Shown: one piece after another, positions 1 to 12,169 of the stretch
Numbering within the stretch: position 1 is the first letter of the stretch
Layout of the letters: each line of letters begins with the position of its first letter
Assembly: GCF_963853765.1 (NCBI RefSeq)
Contig: NC_088858.1
Coordinates: forward strand, 50,778,001 to 50,842,000
DNA: 64,000 nt
From: Magallana gigas
Lineage: Eukaryota
Reading direction: 5' to 3'
Translations under genes and position numbers: made by a program
The notes under the pieces: model-generated
The model's input: the letters and a program-made list of their open reading frames with translations, nothing else
Databases searched by the model: none
Told to the model about the DNA's origin: nothing

Positions 1-135
1 AAACATAGAAACTGAGAAGCAGAGTGTCATATCTGTACATGAATTCGGAATTCGTTCCGGTTCAACACACTGTCCTCATGTTATTTCACGGAAGTAGTTA
101 TTTGCAATTCTACCTGACAACAACAGCAAAACTGA

Positions 136-230
136 CCAATAAAGCGTTAATTAAAATTTTTAAATCGTATAAAAGGGGACGAGTTTGAAAGCAAAATCCA
201 TCTTCCCTTTGGTAGTCACTTTGGGTAAAG
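136..230 (+). promoter_or_regulatory. Core promoter and non-coding first exon of the Gly-rich gene
   Basis: CCAAT at 136-140 and TATAAAA at 168-174. Donor AAG|GTAAGA at 230/231; matching acceptor ttattcatag| ends at 425, 7 nt before the ATG at 433. Confidence 0.75.
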
Positions 231-432
231 GTAAGAAATAAAATTAAGATTTTTCAGTTTCAGTAATATGAATGTTGGCTCGATAACAAAGCTGAATATT
301 TATTCTTAATATGAATGATATAACAAATTAAAAAAAAAAAACATAATGTAATGTCTGAATATTTTAGTAAAATTAAAAATACCATTATCTAACATTTTCA
401 TTGATTATTTATTTCTTATTCATAGAGTAAAC

Positions 433-1468
433 ATGTTGGGCTTTCTTTCTGTGTCCCTGTTACTTGCTTTAGCCGAAGCAGGTGGAGGTGGTTACTATCC
501 AAAGGGTGGATCCGGAGGAGGCGGAATATCTGTAATACAAACTGGAGGCGGTGGCGGAGGTGGATCTGGACTTTTCTTTGGAGGAGGAGGAGGGGGTGGT
601 GGTGCTAGCGCTGGAGCAGCAGCTGCTGCTGCTGCGGCAGCTGCAGCCGCCGCATCAGCGGGAGCTGTAGGCGGTGTTTTCGATGGAGGTTTCCACGGTG
701 GGTACTATCCATACCATGATATTCACTATGGTGGCTTTGGCGGATTTGGAGGAGCCGGAGCTGCAGCAGGCGCCGCAGCTGGAGGATCTGGATTTGGAGG
801 CGCAGCCGCTGGTGCCGCCGCTGCCGCAGGAGGATTAGGAGGATCTGCTGCTGCTGCCGCCGCTGCCGCAGGAGGATTAGGAGGATCTGCTGCTGCTGCT
901 GCTGCCGCCGCTGCTGCAGGAGGAGCTGGGGCAGGTGCCGCTGCAGGAGCCTCTGCTGGAGGATTTGGAGGCATTCACTATCCAGTGTATCCCATTCCAG
1001 GACCAATATATCCCCCAGGTCCTATCTACCCACCAGGTCCCATCTACCCACCAGGTCCGATCTACCCACCTGGTCCCATCTATCCACCTGGTCCCATCTA
1101 CCCACCCGGACCAATCTATCCTCCAGGTCCAATTTATCCTAAAGGCGGCTTCATTGGTGTTGGAAACATTGGTGGTGGCGCTGCTGCTGGAGCCGCAGCC
1201 GGTGCTTCCGGATTCGGGGGATCAAGTGCTGCTGCTGCCGCTGCCGCCGCCGCAGGATCCGGTGCTGGTGGATTTGGAGGTCAGAATTTCGGAGGCCTGT
1301 TCTTTGGTGGTGGTTCCGGTGGCGGATCCATTGGTATTATCGGAGGTGGATCTGGAGGAGGAAAGGTAAGACACAAGGTTTCATAGAATTAGTAATTTTG
1401 ACTCTAATTACGCTAATTTATTAATGAGTAAACATTATTTCTTTGTTTTGCAGAGAAAGGTATATTAA
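433..1468 (+). CDS. Secreted Gly/Ala-rich shematrin-like shell-matrix-type protein (~315 aa)
   Basis: Signal peptide MLGFLSVSLLLALAEA, poly-Gly/poly-Ala blocks and Tyr/Pro repeats. Coding exons 433-1365 and 1454-1468, joined by a phase-0 intron (AAG|gtaaga at 1366; ttttgcag| at 1453). The true C-terminus is GGGKRKVY*, not the ORF-track KVRHKVS. A basic+Tyr tail resembles the RKKKY-type ends known for pearl-oyster shematrins. AATAAA at 1537-1542. Confidence 0.85.
1000..1143 (+). repeat. Coding tandem repeat, 8 x 18 bp, (GPIYPP)7-GPIYPK
   Basis: Read directly; the units differ almost only at third codon positions. Confidence 0.95.
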
Positions 1469-1877
1469 TCTGTGATGGAAACTTTTAATCAAGACGGACA
1501 GCCCGTGGACTGAACTCTCTATCTGCTTTTTATATGAATAAATTTTCATAACTCTTTATATTGCATTTTCTGTTCATTTGTAATAAGATGTTTTAGCTCG
1601 TAGGATAATGCATACAACTCAGATAGATAAATAAGTAATCTATTATCAAGGCTAGGGAAAAAGACAATGTTTCATTGGTGGGTCAGCCATATAACCATCC
1701 TGCTTGTGTAATAAAATATGATATGATTTTTGGGTTAAAAAAACTATTTGATAACTAACCTCAGAGCACTTGTTGCTTTTTGCGCTAAATATATATCCTG
1801 GGAAAAAATTTGCTGAAAGATTTTTTTAAAAAGACAAACCCCATCAGTAATAAAGAAAAGTAAAGCTGTCAATGTTA

Positions 1878-2153
1878 CAACAAACCGGGTTTTGTTTATG
1901 TGTATACAGTATCCAAAATCCATTTGCCTTCCTCTGAATTGATAAACACTACCTATCCAGAGAAATGGGAATTAAGTTCAACAGCTGGTAATCTTAACCT
2001 CTCTGATACATATAAGATTGATCTGCAAAACAACAAATTTATCTCAAAAATTGTAAGAGGAGTTATCCGTACCATAGGGATACCCTTTGCCAGCCGCCTG
2101 CCATTTTCACCATTTCAATAACCCGATTTTTCCTATGAAAACCCCGTTAAAAA
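1878..2153 (+). mobile_element. Diverged single-unit copy of a Helentron/HINE-like non-autonomous element
   Basis: Shares gattgatctgcaaaa...ggagttatccgtac...ccc..gccagccgcc and the terminal hairpin (taacccgatttttcc-tat-gaaaaccccgtta, 2119-2149) with the copy at 15925-16474. Confidence 0.6.
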
Positions 2154-2799
2154 CAAGCATTTTAGATTAATTTCATTATCTTTAGGCCCGTTATGGCATA
2201 TAAAGAGCTACAGGGAAGTTGAAAAGGTTATCAAAAGGCGCAACAAAGAACATGTACAAAGTTTATTTAATAAAATGAAAGAGGTTAGTGAAAAGTAAGT
2301 TTGAGTTTGCCCTCCTCTAGACGTGGTGTTTCAGAAAAGCGGGTTTTGAGAAGCCAATCTCGTTACAACCAACAAAATTCACGAGAATCAATTGTTATTC
2401 CAGTAAAAATGGGGAAATTTTGTGATTTTAATTAATCAGTTTCCATGCCAAATTTTTGCAATAATTATAGAAAAAATATCATTTCTGTTTTGGGCTTCAT
2501 ATTTCCAATAAAAAAATGGCATGTGACATAGGTCACATATAAAATAAATGAACATCTTAGGTCCCAATCTTTATATGCATGATGTTTATGGATGATTGAC
2601 ATTACTAGTATTTTAGGTGCCAACATCCTTAATTGAGCCGTCAGAATTTTTCGGCGAACAATATGGACTTCATATGGCAAATACTCTTGTTGGTATTAAA
2701 AACAATACTACTGTACCTGTGAGACCAAATAACCTTACCAATACGGAACAGTGAATACACCAAGTTAAACTGTTATAGGTGTAGCATAATATTCAACTT

Positions 2800-4545
2800 C
2801 CTACAGGTAGAGTAAAGAATTCAGATTCTTCTACTTTGTTGATCAGATTTGTTACTGAAATTGATAAGAGAGCATTTAAAGAATTGCCAGAGCATATGAA
2901 AGACTTGTATAGCTATGATGTTGAAAACACTGATTTTGACGACTCGTCCAAAGACAAAAAATATAACCTACTTTGTAAATACAGTAATAAAATTTAAAGA
3001 CGACTTAGTTTTAGGATATCCTAGTGATTGAACATGAACTAGATATTGGTGATAGCAATCAATAAAATTGCCGCCAAGAAGAGTGATCGCGCCTATGCCG
3101 ACACAGAATTACAATTAATAAAAGTGGAAAACCAGGGTATTATTCAGAAGTCTAAATCTCCATGGGCATTTCTTTTAAATCGATTCATGAAGAAAAATGT
3201 AAAAGTGAGACCATGTATTGATTATCGAAAGGTGAATAATGTAACTAAAAATGATGTCTTTCCGTTGCCAAAGAACTTTACAGATTATTTTGAGAGGGAT
3301 GTAGTGGCAGACTTGTCCAATTTATTTAGACGATATTATCGTGTTCGGGTCAACATTTGATGAATATTTGAAAAGAGTCCAAGAAGTTTAAGAAAGCAAA
3401 CATCAAATAAAGGTTAAAGCCCAAATGTGACAACTTTTCTAACAAGAAGTTCCTTTTAGGTCATGTGGTAAACAAAGATGGTTTTTAACTAAACCATGAA
3501 AATATTTTCAAGATTTTGGGATGGCTTATACCGCAAAATGTTACCGAAGTAACAAATATTCAATAGTCAAATTTTAGGAATGGCTTCGTGTAATTGAAAA
3601 TTCGTTGAGGACTTCTCTGCCATTGCTTTAACATTAAATATATTTAACAAAGAAAGATGTCCCTTTCAAATGGACTAAAGATTGCAATATTGTCTTTACA
3701 AAAATCAAAAAATATCTTACCTATATTATGGCTTTTTAGATTACATGTGAAGAAATTTTTCTTGAAACTGATGTCAGTAATTTAGCATTGGAGTTGTCCT
3801 TAGTCAATTACTAAATGGCTAAGAAAGAGTTATTTCATATGGATTAAAGTTAAAACCCAAAAAGTTCCAGTTTTTCCAACAAGAAGTTACCTTCTTAGGT
3901 CATGTGGTAAACAAAGACGATGTTAAATCAAACCCCGACAATATTTCTAAGATTTTGGAATGGCCAATACCGAAAAATGTTACCTAAATACGGCAAATAT
4001 TAGGAATGGCGTCATATTACAGAAAATTTGTCAAGGACTTCTCTGCCATTGCGAGACCCTTGATTCATTTAACAAAGAAAGATGTCACTTTCAAATGGAT
4101 TGAAAATTGCAATATAGCTTTTACGAAAATTAAAGAATGTCTTACGGGACCGGATATTATGGCCTTTCCTATGCCTGATGAAGAATTTATTCTTGATACT
4201 GATGCCAGTAATTACAGCATTGGAGCTGTCCTAAGTCAAATTCAAAATGGCTAAGAGAGTTATTTCATAGGCCGATAGAACCATGAACAAAGCAGAAACA
4301 AATGTTTGCGTCATCGACAAAGAATTATAAGCGTAGACATACTTTGTAGAATATTTGTAGAATATTTTAAACAATATCTAGCAGGTATATGTAGTATGTT
4401 CAGAGTGCGAACAGATCACCAAGCCTTAGTTTGGCTGTTTTAAATTAAAGAACGAAAAGGACGTACCGCCAGATAGATAGAAATATTATGATTTCCCCAT
4501 AGAATACAGACCTGGGCATAAATACGACAATGCTGGAGCTTCAAC
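2800..4545 (+). pseudogene. Decayed Gypsy/Ty3 LTR-retrotransposon pol (RT-RNase H)
   Basis: Motifs KSPWA..RPCIDYRKVNNVTKNDVFPLP; YYRKFVKDFSAIARPLIHLTKKDVTFKW; FILDTDASNYSIGAVLSQ; VRTDHQAL. Many stops and frameshifts; no LTRs recognised. Confidence 0.9.
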
Positions 4546-4770
4546 AATCCTCATAGTTGTGACTGTTCTGTTAAAAGAAAGTTGAAATGAATAACAAGAA
4601 ATGAAGAATTTCCCCCAAAAGAAAGATGGTCCAAATATCACACAAGTGAGAAGAATAACATTCGTACTTTTACCCGGAATGGACACATACAGAGTTAACA
4701 ATTTGGAATTATCTTTGCAAACTATAGAAATGCCAAAAATGCTAAAAATTATCCAGATTTTAGCAAGTTA

Positions 4771-5330
4771 CTGACAAACAAGTTGATAAAGCAGGACTAT
4801 CAACAGTCTCGCTTGAAGTCATCTATTCGTAAATTCTATGGTCGATACAACGACGTCAGCAAATACAATCTTCCACTGGGTCGCATGCTGACTGACGTTT
4901 TTCATACTAATTGTTAGACCATAATTAATCCCCTCATTGTCTACGGACTTTGCCGATCCCCCCCCCCCCCCCCCCCCCGATTACGACAAAGAGCACAGGG
5001 CGGGTGTGACCGGTCAGCAGAGGATGCTCACTCCTCCTAGGCACCTGATCCTACCACCGATGTAATGGAGGTGCGTGTTGGCTCGAGGTTTGTATTTTGA
5101 CCATCACAAACGAACTAAATCATCAACGTTTCGGGTTTTTTCTTTTTATGACATTTTCCCCGATTATGACATGCCCAATTGTGACAAGGAGCACGCGGCG
5201 GATGTGACCGGTCAGCAGAGGATGCTCACTACTCCTAGGCACCTGCTCTACCTCTATCTATTCGGAGGTCTGTGTTGCTCTGCTTTGAATTTGTATTTGG
5301 TTTTTGGAGGTGGATCACGGTTTGTTATAA
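4771..5330 (+). mobile_element. Penelope-like element 3' remnant (RT C-terminus plus duplicated downstream motif)
   Basis: 4771-4917 reads LTNKLIKQDYQQSRLKSSIRKFYGRYNDVSKYNLPLGRMLTDVFHTNC*, resembling the PLE RT thumb. A ~70-bp motif is repeated at 4985-5055 and 5183-5252. Confidence 0.6.
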
Positions 5331-7725
5331 TTGCTATTTTTTCATTTACATGGGAGGTATTCAATGTATAATAAAAGGCTATTGAACAATTTTGAATCAT
5401 TTTATCGCAAATTTAACATGGATGTACACGCTGCGACCAAAAACTGATGCGTTGAGTGATGACACTATTGGGATCGCGAGTTAAAATTTATAAACAAGCA
5501 TTTTTATTAGCTGATAAGTACCCGCCCTCTTTTACCTTTAAGGTTGTATTGATAATTTATGCACCGACTGCCAACTGTGTCGTTTACTCTGTATCAGGAC
5601 TGCACAAACTAAATCACTGTAATAAGACTGATAAATGACACACTTCTACAAGCCTGCATATGTTTTTAAACATGTACATAAAACTTTAAATTTACAGCAC
5701 AAACATGTTCAATGTTGGACTGATCTGTAATTTACTTTATTTTGTAACTCACTCAGTCTTTAGAAACATTAATTTTATTACATGTACCTCACTATTCATC
5801 AGACAATATTTACTACTGATGTTGCTGCTTTACCTGCCGCTGACTTTCTCTCAAACACGCTAGATCTATAATCATCCTCGGATTGTAAAATTCACGTGCA
5901 GATCGAGTCGCTATTTAAAAGTTTTATATTAATAAGCAAACCACATTTCTTCATTTAATGGAGCTGGTGACGATGTTTTAAAGATTTTCAGTACAGATTT
6001 ATTATAAAAGAAGACATATTCCGTAGAACGTCTAATGGATTCCATGGCGTGTTAAACCCAATTTGCCCGTGGATTTACATTTTGCAGCAAGCTTTGGTGA
6101 GGAAAAACAGTCTGTTCAATTCATGCGATTTTCCACAAATGGTACATTATGAACGGTAACGTAAAATATATTTGTTCACTAAACAGTTTCTGACGAATTT
6201 CTTCACAATAAGCTGAATAACGTTTGTTATTCAATGAGCGAAGTCCAATCTGTAGGCCTACATATATGCGTGACATTAAAGTTGGCAAAGAAGAAAGGCC
6301 CTGTGGTCCAGTGCTCAAATAAAGATTTTTCCGAACAAAGAGTTAAAATTAGCTAATAAGGCATGTGCTCTTAAAACGCACTGTGGACCATAGCCAACGT
6401 TAATTTACGATGTCTTTGTGTGATTTTACGTCTACGACGGAGAAGGAAATAACTATACATGTCAAGTGGTACCTCCCACACAAGAATCAGGGTCGAGTAT
6501 CATTCAACATCATTGAAAGGACAGAACCTGTATGAGAGTTAAATATGAAAAGAACGCAGCCTTCATCACATATTGGATGGGTTAGAGTACAAAAAAAGAA
6601 CAGGTACTGGTAGTATATCAGATGCAAAATTTGAAGACATAAGAAGCCAGTTGTTGAGCAGCACCTATAATTACGAGATAGTCCCAGTGGTAGAGGAAAA
6701 GAAAGCAGAGAGTAAATCAGATGAAAAGGAAGAAGACATAACAAGCCAGTTGTTGGGCTGCATCGATGTCCAGTGGTAGACTAGGAGAATGGTGACCAAG
6801 CAGATGGCATTGTCACAAAGAAAGAGAAGATGTTATATGAATAGTTACAGAAGATCAATTAAGTGCTCTGGATGGTGTCGGAGATTTACAGAAATGGAAT
6901 GCTCCTACCAGAGGCGTCTCCCAAATCCCTTTGAGGAAACAAACCCCATCATTGAAACGGAGGAGTGAATCCAGAAGCCCTTTAAACGAGATTAATTCCC
7001 GTTGCCCCCAATACATCTCCCTTTAGGGACATCGTTAGAAAAAACAAGAGAATCAACAACTGGCAGAGAGGAGGTGGAGGAGAGACCTTTCTCAGCTTCA
7101 ACCTGGAAAAAATTCAATGCATCGTTCATCACGACTGACTTAATCGCTCGATTAATCATCGGTGGATAGTAATCGGGTAATCTTGTGTAATTCAATCAAT
7201 TGTCCAAGTTGCGGTACGTATTCACTTCCATTAATTTTTTTAAAGGGTTTTAAAACTTTGCAATACAAGATAATTTTCTTATTTCGTCTGCTTCTCTCTT
7301 TAAGGCGGCCATGATTGTTACATAAGATAGTCATTACGATGTAGGTTTATTTCAAGTCAAATTGCGGGCCATCAACAGCTAAAACTAGGTTATTAAAAAG
7401 TTTAGTCATCATCATTAAAATATAATATTCCATTGTAAAATTTTAATTTACAATAAATTTAAAATATTCAAATACTTGAAGGCCTTAAAGGGCCTACATA
7501 GCTAGTGCTCACCTAGGACTACGGTTGCATATAGTATATACTAGTATCATATAGCATAAATACGTAACGTTAACATACAATAACTTTATTGTTTACTTAC
7601 GGTATAACCTTATATATAGCCATATTATAACGTTTATGATACATTAATTTTCATTGATATTTCTTTATAAACTTTGTATCTACTTTAAAATAGTAAGTTA
7701 GTCAGTTTTGTTCACTTCCTAGAAA

Positions 7726-8644
7726 ATGTTGAGGTCTAAAAGAAAGAGCAAGTCGCCCTACGCCAGACCAAATGCACATCCGGCACTCAGGGCCCTCAAT
7801 CCGGCAACCACAGCCACCCAAACCCGAGCAGGCCCACACAGGCAGCGGTCCAGTTTGTGTCCACTCAACCTCAAAATCAAGAGCATCAGCTACCAGTCGA
7901 TGATCCCACAACCAGTGAGCAGACTGCAGTACCGCTACCTTCCATAGCGCCATCAATGCCTCTGACAACTTCAGGTGAACACCCTTTAATAAGCATTTCT
8001 GATGAGCTTGGGGTTCATGTCCCTCAAACCATCAAAGACAAAATATGGTCAAAACAATACATTGATCTGTCAAAAATCATCAATTCAGAAACAGTTGATA
8101 CATCCGCTCAGGATAATTTTCCATAGTTGAGGGTCAGTTAGTTATTGAACCAAAAACTAAAACAAACAAAATCACATCAATTAACACCTGGCTTGATGCG
8201 TTTTTGATTTTCTCAAGCATATACCTGGCTAGACACCCATCAGACATACAGGGTATCTTGAAATATATCCACACAATACGTTTAGGATATAGCCGTAATA
8301 TAAATGGCAACTGGATCGAATACGACAGGCAGTTCCGTCTCAAAATGTCTAAAAACACATCAATATCATTTGGCTCTATCGATGCGGAGTTATGGTTATT
8401 GTATATGCAGGCTCAAGTTCAACAAGCTCCACAAGAGTCAAAATCTTCACTCAAATGTTTTGATTATAACTTTAAAGGTTCCTGTCCCAAACCCCAGTGT
8501 TCATACCAGCATATATGCATGCATTGCAACAAGTCACACCCACGCATGCATTGTTGGTCCTATCAGTCGGCCCAGACCCAAGTCACCAGACCCCCCCCCC
8601 CCCAATCCAAATCCAGCACACCAAAATTTCGCCCCGCAAAATAA
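7726..8644 (+). pseudogene. Ngaro gag-like ORF1 (frameshifted)
   Basis: Pieces in three frames: ELGVHVPQTIKDKIWSKQYIDL; TWLDAFLIFSSIYL...WIEYDRQFR...DAELW; zinc finger CFDYNFKGSCPKPQCSYQHICMHCNKSHPRMHC. An acceptor-like ttcacttcctag| (7722) lies 3 nt before the ATG. Confidence 0.8.
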
Positions 8645-8699
8645 CATCAATTTTCGTCCCTTACGCCCAAGGCATTATCAGCCACAAAGACCAAGATTT

Positions 8700-10299
8700 C
8701 ATGCACCTAGGTTTAACTCCAATTAAGATCTCCGTTTTAGAGCAGTATCTCGCTACATATCCAGATATTCAGAATGCTCAATTTTTATTAAATGGTTTCA
8801 AATCCGGCTTTTACTTGAATTACATAGGCCCAAGAGTCTACTTACAATCCAAAAATATGAAGTCCGCGAGTGAACATGCTGATCAACTTTTGGCTATCAT
8901 TGAGAAAGAAATTACGTTAGGAAGGATGTCAGGCCCCTTTTCCCAACCCCCTTTTCCCAACATTAGATGTAACCCTGTTGGGGTCCTGCCCAAGAAAGAT
9001 GGAGGCTACAGGTTAATTTCAAATTTGTCAGCGCCCATTGGCAATAGCGTCAACGAGCATATTGATCCAATTCTGTGCTCAGTGTCTTACGCTTCTTTCG
9101 ATCAGGCCATTTCTATGATCCAAGAGAATGGTAAAGGGGCATTGCTTTGTAAAATGGATTTGTCTAGCGCATTCAGACTTTTACCTATTCACCCTTCAGA
9201 TTTTTCACTGTTATGAATATGTTTTCAAGAAAAATACTATTTTGATATATGCATGCCCTTTGGTTGTTCCATAGCTTGTTCATCTTTTGAAAAATTCTCA
9301 TCATTTTTGCATTGGCTCGTAGCACAAAAGTCTCAAAATTATAATATCATCCATTATCTTGATGATTTTTTGTTTGTTGGCGAGCAAAATACATCACAAT
9401 GTTCAACGCTTGCTGAAACGTTCAAGTTAACTTGCAATGAGTTGGGCGTCCCAATAAACAACAAGAAAACTGAGGACCCATGTACTCGTCTATCTTTCTT
9501 AGGACTAGGTATTGATACCATAGATAAGGTCATTTTTATTCCTGACAATAAGGTTGCAGAACTTAGGTCCAAGCTTTCATCAATTACTTCTTCTAATAAA
9601 GTCACCCTGAAAGAAATGGAATCACTTTGTGGTTCGCTTAACTTTTTCGCCAAAGCCATCCCTGGTAGCAGGGCCTTTAACCGCAGGTTTTATAACACAA
9701 CAATTGGTATTAGGAAACATTACCACCTGATCAAGGTCACACAAGCAGTTAAAGAGGATGCTACTATCTGGCTCACATTTCTTGACCAATACAATGGGCG
9801 TTCCCCATTCCCAGAACTACACTGGTCTGATAATGAAACCCTAAACCTCTTTACCGATAGTTGTGGTTCCTACGGTGGAGGTGCGATTTTCCAGAATCAC
9901 TGGGTTGTCATATCCTGGCCAGAGTCTTGGGGTCCAGATATAAGAAGAGATATTACATTTTTGGAATTAGTGCTTATTCTTGTGGCCATCTGGATTTGGG
10001 CAGATCAATTTACAGCTAAGAAATTGCTAATAAACACTGACAACATAGCTCTGGTCGATATATTGAATGCCAAGTCTAGTAAGTCTCAACGTGTCATGTC
10101 TCTTGTAAGACCATTGGTATTATTATGTATGAAAAATAACATTCAGATTAAAACTAGGCATATTCCAGGTTACCAAAATTCCATTGCAGATTCAATTTCT
10201 CGATTTCAGTGGGAAAGATTCAGATCCCTGGCTCCGCAGGCAGACAAGACTCCAGCCTGTTTACCTCCGGAATTGTTGTCCCTCTTAGACCCCATGTAG
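8700..10299 (+). pseudogene. Ngaro reverse transcriptase-RNase H (one in-frame TGA at 9214-9216)
   Basis: NPVGVLPKKDGGYRLI, KMDLSSAFRLLP, MPFGCS, HYLDDF; RNase H LFTDS...ITFLEL...NTDN...HIPGYQNSIADSISR. The two ORF-track pieces are in the same frame, separated by a single stop. Confidence 0.92.
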
Positions 10300-11164
10300 A
10301 ATGTTTACTTGAAGCAGCAATATCCAAAAATACTGCGTCAACGTATCAAAAAGGCATAAATTCCTTTGAAACTTTTTGTACCAAACACAATTTTATCTTT
10401 TGTTGGCCTCCACCACTGGACCACATAATCAACTACATCGCATACCTGCATGCAAATAAAGTGTCATATTCAACAACAAGATGTTATTTGAGTGGTATTA
10501 GTTACAAGCTTCAGTTAGAGGGTCAAATTGACAACACTAAAACTTTCATAGTTAAAAAAATGTTAGAAGGTTTCCATCGGTTAAATCCAGCGAAGATGTA
10601 CGGTCCCCAATTTCCCTATCTTGTCTCAATAAATTAGTTTCTATACTACCTACGGTGTGCACAAGCTTGTATGAAGCTGTTATGTTTTCAGCAGCCTTTC
10701 ATTTGGCATTTTTTGCATTATTGCGCATTAGTGAATTTACTTTTACTAGTAATGACGCACCAGCCTTATTATTTCACGACGTGACCATTAATGAAACACA
10801 CATTGGTCTGTATATTAAAGGTTCAAAAACAGACCAATACAATAGGGGTACTAAGCTACAGATTGAAATAAATTCTCAAACCCAGTCTTTATTCAAACAT
10901 ATGCGTGAATTTTTGGCAGTTGGACCACAAATACAAGGCCTATTTTTCTGCCATTTTAACCACAAACCTCTTACTAAATATCAATTCACATCCGTACTAC
11001 ATAAGTCTGTCAAATTTATTGGCCTTGACACAACAACTTTCAAATCCCACTCATTTAGAATAGGTGGAGCTACACATTTGTACTTACAAGGGCATTCGGA
11101 GGAGGACATTAAGTCAAAAGGCAGATGGAAATCTAACGCGTTTTGTTCATATATCAGATTGTAA
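10209..11164 (+). pseudogene. Tyrosine recombinase of the Ngaro element (one frameshift near 10590-10655)
   Basis: Catalytic motifs LRISE, KGSKTD, HSFRIGGAT, GRW, SYIRL; overlaps the end of the RNase H frame. Confidence 0.92.
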
Positions 11165-11223
11165 AGCATAATCTTATGTCTGTTCAGAACATCCTCGTAT
11201 TATAATTCAATACTAAGTTTTCA

Positions 11224-11829
11224 GGTCCCAACACCACGGTCTGGATCATTGGTTCGTCAATTATCAAACATGCATCCCATCACGCTGTCCAACAATTTGG
11301 AAACCCACACCTAGACCTTCAGAAACATAATATCACAGTATTTTGGCATGGAAAGAGTGGTATGGTCTGGGAGGATGTAGAGCCCACAATTACAAATATC
11401 ATTGAACAAAGAGGCCAACCAGATTGGGTAATGTTACATTGCGGGGGCAATAGTATTCGGACAATGCCGTTGCTAAGACTTCAAAAATTCATGAAATTAA
11501 CCGTTGTTAACCTACAAACAATTCTGCCGAATACAAGATTCATATGGTCCCAGATACTCCCACGAAATTACTACAGACATATGTTATCAAATATTGCCGG
11601 CGAGACCGCTCGAAAAAGAATTAACAAATCATTAGCCCAATTTATAGTCAAGCGTAAGGGCGCCTGCTTAAAGTACCCTGATCTACAACAGTGTTCACCA
11701 AAATATTACCGTGATGGTGTACATTTGTCTGATACTGCTCAGAATACATTTTTGAAAACCATACGTGCTGGCCTTCTAAACATACTACATAATAATGTTA
11801 AAGTTTATGCTAAATCCCACGCCGAGTAA
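11224..11829 (+). CDS. SGNH/GDSL-like hydrolase ORF carried by the Ngaro element
   Basis: The open frame extends upstream of the ORF-track ATG (11362). Blocks VWIIGSS, GKSG, HCGGNS and DGVHLS supply the S-G-N-H residues. No in-frame ATG before the catalytic Ser (stop at 11203-11205); acceptor-like ttttcag|G at 11224/11225. Confidence 0.8.
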   Translation, partial: GPNTTVWIIGSSIIKHASHHAVQQFGNPHLDLQKHNITVFWHGKSGMVWEDVEPTITNIIEQRGQPDWVMLHCGGNSIRTMPLLRLQKFMKLTVVNLQTILPNTRFIWSQILPRNYYRHMLSNIAGETARKRINKSLAQFIVKRKGACLKYPDLQQCSPKYYRDGVHLSDTAQNTFLKTIRAGLLNILHNNVKVYAKSHAE

Positions 11830-12169
11830 TTCCGCAGTCTTATTGTCATGGCATTGTGCAAAATTTTGACCGCTTGTGGCGGATGTCTTCATGTATCATA
11901 TCATAGATTTTTCATACATGAAGACATATGGCCGAATTTTGCTTAAGCCTGCCCCGGATTCTGTTTACTTCCAGGTCCGTGGCCAATAATCGGGCTTATT
12001 TTAATTGACACTTTGTATGATTCAGACATTGATTGACAGTGAGTCATTGAATACACTGAGTAATTGAATAATTCTATTGATACATTGGGTTGATTGTCAT
12101 AATTGAATACATTGAGTAATCAATTAAATTGATACATTGATTGTCATATTGAGACATTCACTAAAGTAA

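Noticed and set aside
605-1369. Antisense and alternate-frame ORFs 605-1006, 726-974 and 935-1369
   Set aside because: They are shadows of the stop-poor GGN/GCN/CCN repeats of the Gly-rich gene, with no independent signals.
9214-9216. In-frame TGA in the Ngaro RT as programmed readthrough or selenocysteine
   Set aside because: It lies at a normally Gly position (LLG) and is one substitution from GGA; the element has other inactivating lesions.
11161-11224. 64-nt intron fusing tyrosine recombinase to the SGNH hydrolase
   Set aside because: Donor ATT|gtaaag is phase 2 in the YR frame while the SGNH acceptor needs phase 1, so the spliced product is out of frame.
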